Assembly: GCA_048882325.1 (NCBI GenBank)
Contig: JBHLRS010000007.1
Location: 113,895-124,004, forward strand
Origin: Candidatus Thorarchaeota archaeon
GTDB taxonomy: Archaea > Asgardarchaeota > Thorarchaeia > Thorarchaeales > Thorarchaeaceae
Length of the DNA: 10,110 nucleotides
Direction of reading: 5' to 3'
Part shown: in pieces, positions 5,778 through 10,110 of the stretch
Position numbering within the stretch: position 1 is the stretch's first letter
Layout: each line of letters opens with the position of its first letter
Program-made: the position numbers and the translations under genes
The notes under the pieces: model-generated
Told to the model about the DNA's origin: nothing
The model's database searches: none
The model's input: only the letters and a program-made list of their open reading frames with translations

Positions 5778-7674
5778 ACATACGTGTGCCACCTGCGTCG
5801 CTTCTGCTGGTTCAGAAACACGCAAACCGAAGCGCTATAAATACAGAATGGCAGTCTTATCGGCATCTATGCTTGTCCTAGGGCTCCTTCTACATTTTAC
5901 TGGTTTTAATATTGCAATCATTTATGCAGTCTTTCTCCTTTCAATGCTTTCCGCTGGACAATTCATCCTACCTCGTGGAGCAAGAGGACTGGCTCAACTT
6001 AGACTTGATATGCATTTCCTAATGTCAGTGGCTTCAATTGGAGCATTCATCATTGGAGCACCAGCCGAAGGTGCCGCAGTCATGTTTCTCTTCTTCATTT
6101 CAATGCTTTTAGAGGAACGAGCAGAGGATCAGGTGAAGAAAGAGATCCATGAACTTGTTGAATTAGAACCTCCTTCAGCCACCATTAAGATGAGCAAAGG
6201 TGCTGAAGCGTTAATCCCAACATCAGAGGTTAGAGTTGGAGACACACTCATTATTCGTCCAGGTACAAGGATTGGACTTGACGGAATAGTTGTCTGTGGT
6301 CAGAGCTATGTAAATCAAGCACCGATTACCGGAGAGTCTCTTCCAGTTTCAAAGTCAGAAGGAGACAAAGTCTACGCAGGGACCATCAATCAGGAGGGAT
6401 ATCTAGAAGTTGAGGTGACCTCTGAGGCACACCATACAGTTCTCTCAAGGATAGTCGAGCTCGTTGAGGAAGCCAAAAACAAGAAGGCACCGACTGAGCA
6501 ATTAATTTCAAGGTTCTCTAGAAGATATACACCTGTAATGGTAACACTGACCATCCTCTTGGGTGTGGGTTCATTCCTTCTAGGTGCATCCATAACCGAA
6601 GCAACTTATCGAGCATTAACTCTCCTAGTGATTAGTTGCCCATGCGCATTTGTTGTTTCAATACCAGTAAGCATGGTTTCCTCCATTGCGGGATCTGCTA
6701 GAGATGGGGTTCTCGTAAAAGGTGCCATCCACATAGAACAGACAAGTAAAACGAAATCCGTAGCATTTGACAAAACTGGAACGCTTACTGAAGGTGTTCT
6801 TTCTGTAAAAGATGTCTGTCTACACAACGACCACTCACGAGACGCTGTGTTAACAGCTGCAGCTACACTTGAGCAGAAATCGGAACACCCCATTGCAAAG
6901 GCCTTAGTTGCTGCGACTGAAGCGGAGGCCTATCAACTTCCCGATGCTGAGGGTTTCTCCGCAATACCAGGAAGAGGGGTTGGAGGACAGATAGGTGACA
7001 CAAAATACTTCGTTGGTAATCGAAGACTATTGACAGAGCAAAACATCACATTGGAATCTATAGCTGATCACTCCTGTGGGGTCGGCACCATGGTTTATGT
7101 TGCCCAAGAGCGCGAGCACCTCGGAACTATTGTCTTGGCAGACTCTCTCAGAAATGGTGCAATTGAGGCTGTTGAAGAGTTGAAGCGAATGGGAATAGAC
7201 ACCGTGATGCTTACTGGTGACAGTGAATCTGTAGCAATGGAGATTGCTGAAGAAGTTGGGATCGACCGATACATAGCAGAACTACTTCCTGATGAGAAGG
7301 TTAGAGCCATAGAAGAACTCTCAGAGAGAGGTTCTTCAATAATGGTGGGAGACGGAATAAATGACGCACCTGCTCTTGCCGCAGCTGATGTTGGTATAGC
7401 AATGGGAGCAGTGTCCTCTGATGCAGCAATAGAAACAGCGGATATTGCCCTTATGCAACAAGATCTTAGAAAGATTCCCTCGCTTATCAAAAAAGCTAAG
7501 AAGACAATGACAATTGTCCGTCAAAACATTGCAATTTCGATTTCAATTAAACTTCTAGTTGGAATTCTCGCAGCTTTTGGACTAGTGAATCTTTGGATTG
7601 CGATTGGTGTTGGTGATATGGGTTTGACATTTGCAGTTATTGCGAACGCATTACGACTTGTTCGGAAGCAGTAA
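5761..7674 (+). CDS. P1B-type heavy-metal-translocating P-type ATPase, probably Zn2+/Cd2+/Pb2+ (P1B-2-like). It lacks a canonical N-terminal HMA domain.
   Basis: CPC is in a TM helix (LLVISCPCAFVVSIP, codons at 6637-6645). The phosphorylation motif is FDKTGTLT, with the Asp codon at 6769-6771. SEHPIAKAL is the HP motif. The hinge motifs are MLTGDS and GDGINDAPAL. The last helices are ...RQNIAISISIKLLV... and ...IAIGVGDMGLTFAVIANALRLV. The conserved Lys and Asp there are characteristic of ZntA/CadA-type pumps rather than the CopA-type MxxSS. The N-terminus has only a short HTCATC CxxC. Confidence 0.85.
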   Translation: MSQETEHTCATCVASAGSETRKPKRYKYRMAVLSASMLVLGLLLHFTGFNIAIIYAVFLLSMLSAGQFILPRGARGLAQLRLDMHFLMSVASIGAFIIGAPAEGAAVMFLFFISMLLEERAEDQVKKEIHELVELEPPSATIKMSKGAEALIPTSEVRVGDTLIIRPGTRIGLDGIVVCGQSYVNQAPITGESLPVSKSEGDKVYAGTINQEGYLEVEVTSEAHHTVLSRIVELVEEAKNKKAPTEQLISRFSRRYTPVMVTLTILLGVGSFLLGASITEATYRALTLLVISCPCAFVVSIPVSMVSSIAGSARDGVLVKGAIHIEQTSKTKSVAFDKTGTLTEGVLSVKDVCLHNDHSRDAVLTAAATLEQKSEHPIAKALVAATEAEAYQLPDAEGFSAIPGRGVGGQIGDTKYFVGNRRLLTEQNITLESIADHSCGVGTMVYVAQEREHLGTIVLADSLRNGAIEAVEELKRMGIDTVMLTGDSESVAMEIAEEVGIDRYIAELLPDEKVRAIEELSERGSSIMVGDGINDAPALAAADVGIAMGAVSSDAAIETADIALMQQDLRKIPSLIKKAKKTMTIVRQNIAISISIKLLVGILAAFGLVNLWIAIGVGDMGLTFAVIANALRLVRKQ

Positions 7675-7680
7675 GAGAAA

Positions 7681-9258
7681 CTACTTGTAAGTATTAAGAG
7701 CACGAACCGAAGCTGCCAAGAAGAAGTAGACTATTGATAGTGTGAAGACAGGGAGTATAATAATCACTAGAATGCTATCTGCAAAAATAGCGATTAAAAA
7801 CACCATAATTCCTCCCAAACCTAGGTTTATGATTGGGAAGGAGAATGCTAGGGGAACTGGAAGTGTCTTTGGATCATTTGTCATCACAGGTATGTAAGCA
7901 CCTACTGCACTCCCTGTGGATGCGAATAGGATTGACAACGGAGCAGCAAGTGTGATGACTGCGAGATAGCCTTCAATATGAATAAAGTATACCAAGAACC
8001 CGCAAGCAGGAATCACAGTAATGACCACTTCAAAGAGACTCAAAAGATATTTGGAAAGAACTATGTCTCTCGAGCGAAAAGGCGATGCCTTGAGTAGGTA
8101 TACATTGTCACGTTCATCAACAAAACTCAGCATCGAAGTGACACTAGCCATTTGTATGAAAAGTATCATCATCAGAATGAATGCTGGAACAAGTGCAAAT
8201 GCCAGACCTATAGGAACGTTAATTGCTGGAAACCAGATTGGTCTTACAAAGTTTAGGTAGAACACGAAGATAGTTCCAAAAACTGCATAGACATATTTCC
8301 ATATCTGCATGGGCGACCTTAATCTACTCCAGAAATCCTTCATCATAATCCATAACATCGGGTCATTAAATCGAGATTGAGAAAAGTCAACCTCACCTCT
8401 GATAACTCTACTGAATCGGCCCTCGGTCTGTACTCTTCCTTTGCTCGCGGAGTAGAGCTCATAGTATTCGTAGTTAGTCAAATTAGCTGTGAGTAGTAAG
8501 CTGATGATGAAACCAATCATAATAAAGACCATGCCATAAAATGGCGGAATCTCTTGAGAGAATAGACCAGTGAATTCAGTCACAAAGAGAATAAACGCGT
8601 TAGACGGTGCAATATAGGTAGCTGCCATATTTGATAGAACCCACGGATGAGCTGGAAGGATTGTCAAGACTCCTAATATGACCACAATAAGGTGACGTAC
8701 TCGACGCTGAGACTTCTTTGATATCCATAACCGAACATAGGAACTTATTGCCCCAAGGAGATAGTTAGTTTCAAAGAAAATGATGACTACAATCAATAAA
8801 GAAACAGCTGCGAAGAATAGAAGACTTGCTGAAATTATAAGGGGAAAGATAGAGAGGATGCCTAAAATCAGGAAGGATATCTTCCTGATGATCCGTCTTG
8901 AGTATCGACTTAGAAAGATCTGATGTGGTTTGACGGGAGCAGACATCATCAAACTCTCATCTACATCACTCAATACAGCTGCAGGACCAAGTCCGAAATA
9001 GCCACTCACCACCGATGATGCACTCAAGACAGCTGCAGCTGCAAAGACCATGTTGGCATCAAGAGTATCTTCAAGCAGTGTGCTAAAGTTGTAAAGCAGA
9101 GGTGCGAAGGTTACGAAGCTCGTTATCACAGAACTGACAAAGAAGATTCCACAGAATGATACCCCATAGAATAGGAGCATTGAAGGAGTAATAATAGCTG
9201 ATTTGAATTGATTATACAACATGCGTATCTCATTTTTCATGAGTTTGTATGTTGTCAA
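7681..9258 (-). CDS. Polytopic membrane permease (525 aa, about 10-12 TM). It is the probable ABC-2-type transporter permease partner of the upstream ATPase.
   Basis: The product is highly hydrophobic, with many predicted TM helices across two halves. The start at 9258 is 13 nt downstream of the ABC ATPase stop on the same strand. I recognised no specific family signature by eye. Confidence 0.65.
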   Translation of the reverse strand: MTTYKLMKNEIRMLYNQFKSAIITPSMLLFYGVSFCGIFFVSSVITSFVTFAPLLYNFSTLLEDTLDANMVFAAAAVLSASSVVSGYFGLGPAAVLSDVDESLMMSAPVKPHQIFLSRYSRRIIRKISFLILGILSIFPLIISASLLFFAAVSLLIVVIIFFETNYLLGAISSYVRLWISKKSQRRVRHLIVVILGVLTILPAHPWVLSNMAATYIAPSNAFILFVTEFTGLFSQEIPPFYGMVFIMIGFIISLLLTANLTNYEYYELYSASKGRVQTEGRFSRVIRGEVDFSQSRFNDPMLWIMMKDFWSRLRSPMQIWKYVYAVFGTIFVFYLNFVRPIWFPAINVPIGLAFALVPAFILMMILFIQMASVTSMLSFVDERDNVYLLKASPFRSRDIVLSKYLLSLFEVVITVIPACGFLVYFIHIEGYLAVITLAAPLSILFASTGSAVGAYIPVMTNDPKTLPVPLAFSFPIINLGLGGIMVFLIAIFADSILVIIILPVFTLSIVYFFLAASVRALNTYK

Positions 9259-9271
9259 TCCAGTACACCCC

Positions 9272-10063
9272 CTACTCTGGAATCCCGCCAGTCAGGTGCA
9301 GAAATATCTCTTCAAGGTTAGAAGCACTAGGGAATAGACGCTTCATCTCATCATAAGTCCCTTTTCCAACTACGTCACCCTCATGCATAATCACAAATCT
9401 GTCACAGAGATCAGCCGCAACCTCCAGAATGTGAGTAGATATCAGGATGGCTGAACCCTGGCTTCTTAACTTACGGAGATGCTTCTTAAGGTTCCATGCA
9501 CCGCGTGGGTCAAGTCCGTATATGGGCTCATCAAGCGCCAGAATGTAAGGAGGTTCTCTCGTGAATATACCAATTAGTAACGCCCGTTGCAGATTACCTT
9601 TGGACAAGGTTCCGATGTAACTATCAATGAACTCATCGAAGTGAAACAATTCTACGAATTCTCTCATCCTAATAAGAGCAATGTCTTGAGGAACACGATA
9701 AATACGGGAAGTGAACATAACATACTCCCGTGCCGTGAGACTCGGGTAACAAGTTGGCTTCTCTGGTATGTACCCGATACGTTCCTTTGCAGCAATTGGC
9801 TCTTTCTTGATGTTGAACCCATCCACCTCGATATGCCCACTTGTGGCTTGGATTATCCCTGTAAGCATCCTAAGGGTCGTTGTCTTTCCAGCGCCGTTTG
9901 GCCCTACAAGACCTACAATTTCACCAGGTTCTACTTTCAGGTCTAGCTTACGAACTGCAATTTTCTTGCCAAACCGTTTGGAAACTTGTCTGAGTTGAAT
10001 AGCAGGAGATTTTAACTTGACAGGAATTTCAGATTCTTTCTCTTTCTTCTCCAACTCTTTCAT
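9272..10063 (-). CDS. ABC transporter ATP-binding protein (ABC-2/DrrA-like subfamily).
   Basis: Walker A is GPNGAGKTT. The Q-loop region is ERIGYIPE. The signature-like motif is LSKGNLQRALL. Walker B is ILALDEP and the H-loop is ISTHIL. The frame stays open upstream of the ATG at 10063 all the way to the window edge, so the true start may lie beyond 10110. Confidence 0.85.
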   Translation of the reverse strand: MKELEKKEKESEIPVKLKSPAIQLRQVSKRFGKKIAVRKLDLKVEPGEIVGLVGPNGAGKTTTLRMLTGIIQATSGHIEVDGFNIKKEPIAAKERIGYIPEKPTCYPSLTAREYVMFTSRIYRVPQDIALIRMREFVELFHFDEFIDSYIGTLSKGNLQRALLIGIFTREPPYILALDEPIYGLDPRGAWNLKKHLRKLRSQGSAILISTHILEVAADLCDRFVIMHEGDVVGKGTYDEMKRLFPSASNLEEIFLHLTGGIPE

Positions 10064-10110
10064 CAGTTCATCTACGAGCCATCTTCGCTTTATGGTTCGT
10101 TTGACTATTG

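Noticed and set aside
6390-7703. Minus-strand ORFs (6390..6593, 6606..6893, 7095..7490, 7336..7524, 7521..7703) inside the P-type ATPase gene
   Set aside because: They are antisense shadows of a CDS carrying all P1B ATPase signatures. The Ser/Ala/Ile-rich products are typical of the reverse frame of GC-skewed codons.
8021-8260. 79-aa plus-strand ORF inside the ABC permease gene
   Set aside because: It is antisense to a long hydrophobic CDS and has no supporting signals.
9587-9998. Plus-strand ORFs 9587..9946 and 9768..9998 inside the ABC ATPase gene
   Set aside because: They are antisense to a CDS with intact Walker A/B, signature and H-loop motifs.
1-10110. Search for tRNA, rRNA, CRISPR arrays and IS terminal inverted repeats
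   Set aside because: No spacer is long enough for one and none contains T-loop or D-loop tRNA signatures. There are no regularly spaced direct repeats. There are no transposase-like ORFs and no long inverted repeats flanking any segment.

Overview
The window is fully coding and reads as a prokaryotic accessory or stress-response region. I lean archaeal, for two reasons. TATA-like A/T boxes (TTTATA-type) sit about 25-35 bp upstream of several start codons, and the histidine kinase H-box is 'HDLNN' rather than a bacterial-style 'HELRTPL'. Shine-Dalgarno-like motifs are also present. The origin call is still uncertain.

Gene content, in order:
- A 5'-truncated NfeD-like membrane protein. Its N-terminus is a perfect 24-nt tandem repeat encoding (HDVDHDMD)n.
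- An SPFH/flotillin-like protein (443 aa).
- A TusA-like sulfur carrier on the minus strand with a CPxP motif.
- A divergent two-gene unit: a small four-helix (4-TM) membrane protein followed by a DsrE/YchN-like protein.
- A PAS-PAS histidine kinase on the minus strand whose C-terminus is fused in frame to a thioredoxin-fold domain with four cysteines (C-x4-C-x9-CxxC).
- An ArsR/SmtB-family regulator whose 3' end overlaps by 17 nt the start of a P1B-type heavy-metal ATPase. The ATPase has CPC, DKTGT, HP and GDGINDAP motifs and an Asp-containing last helix, which points to the Zn/Cd/Pb type.
- On the minus strand, an ABC ATPase and a 525-aa polytopic permease.

I found no rRNA, tRNA or CRISPR array, and no evidence of mobile elements.

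The most interesting candidate is thiol-based. A TusA / 4-TM / DsrE-like sulfur-relay cassette sits immediately beside an orphan sensor kinase that carries a C-terminal Trx-like CxxC domain. That fusion is unusual. Together they could form a reactive-sulfur or redox sensing and handling module, but this is inference only.
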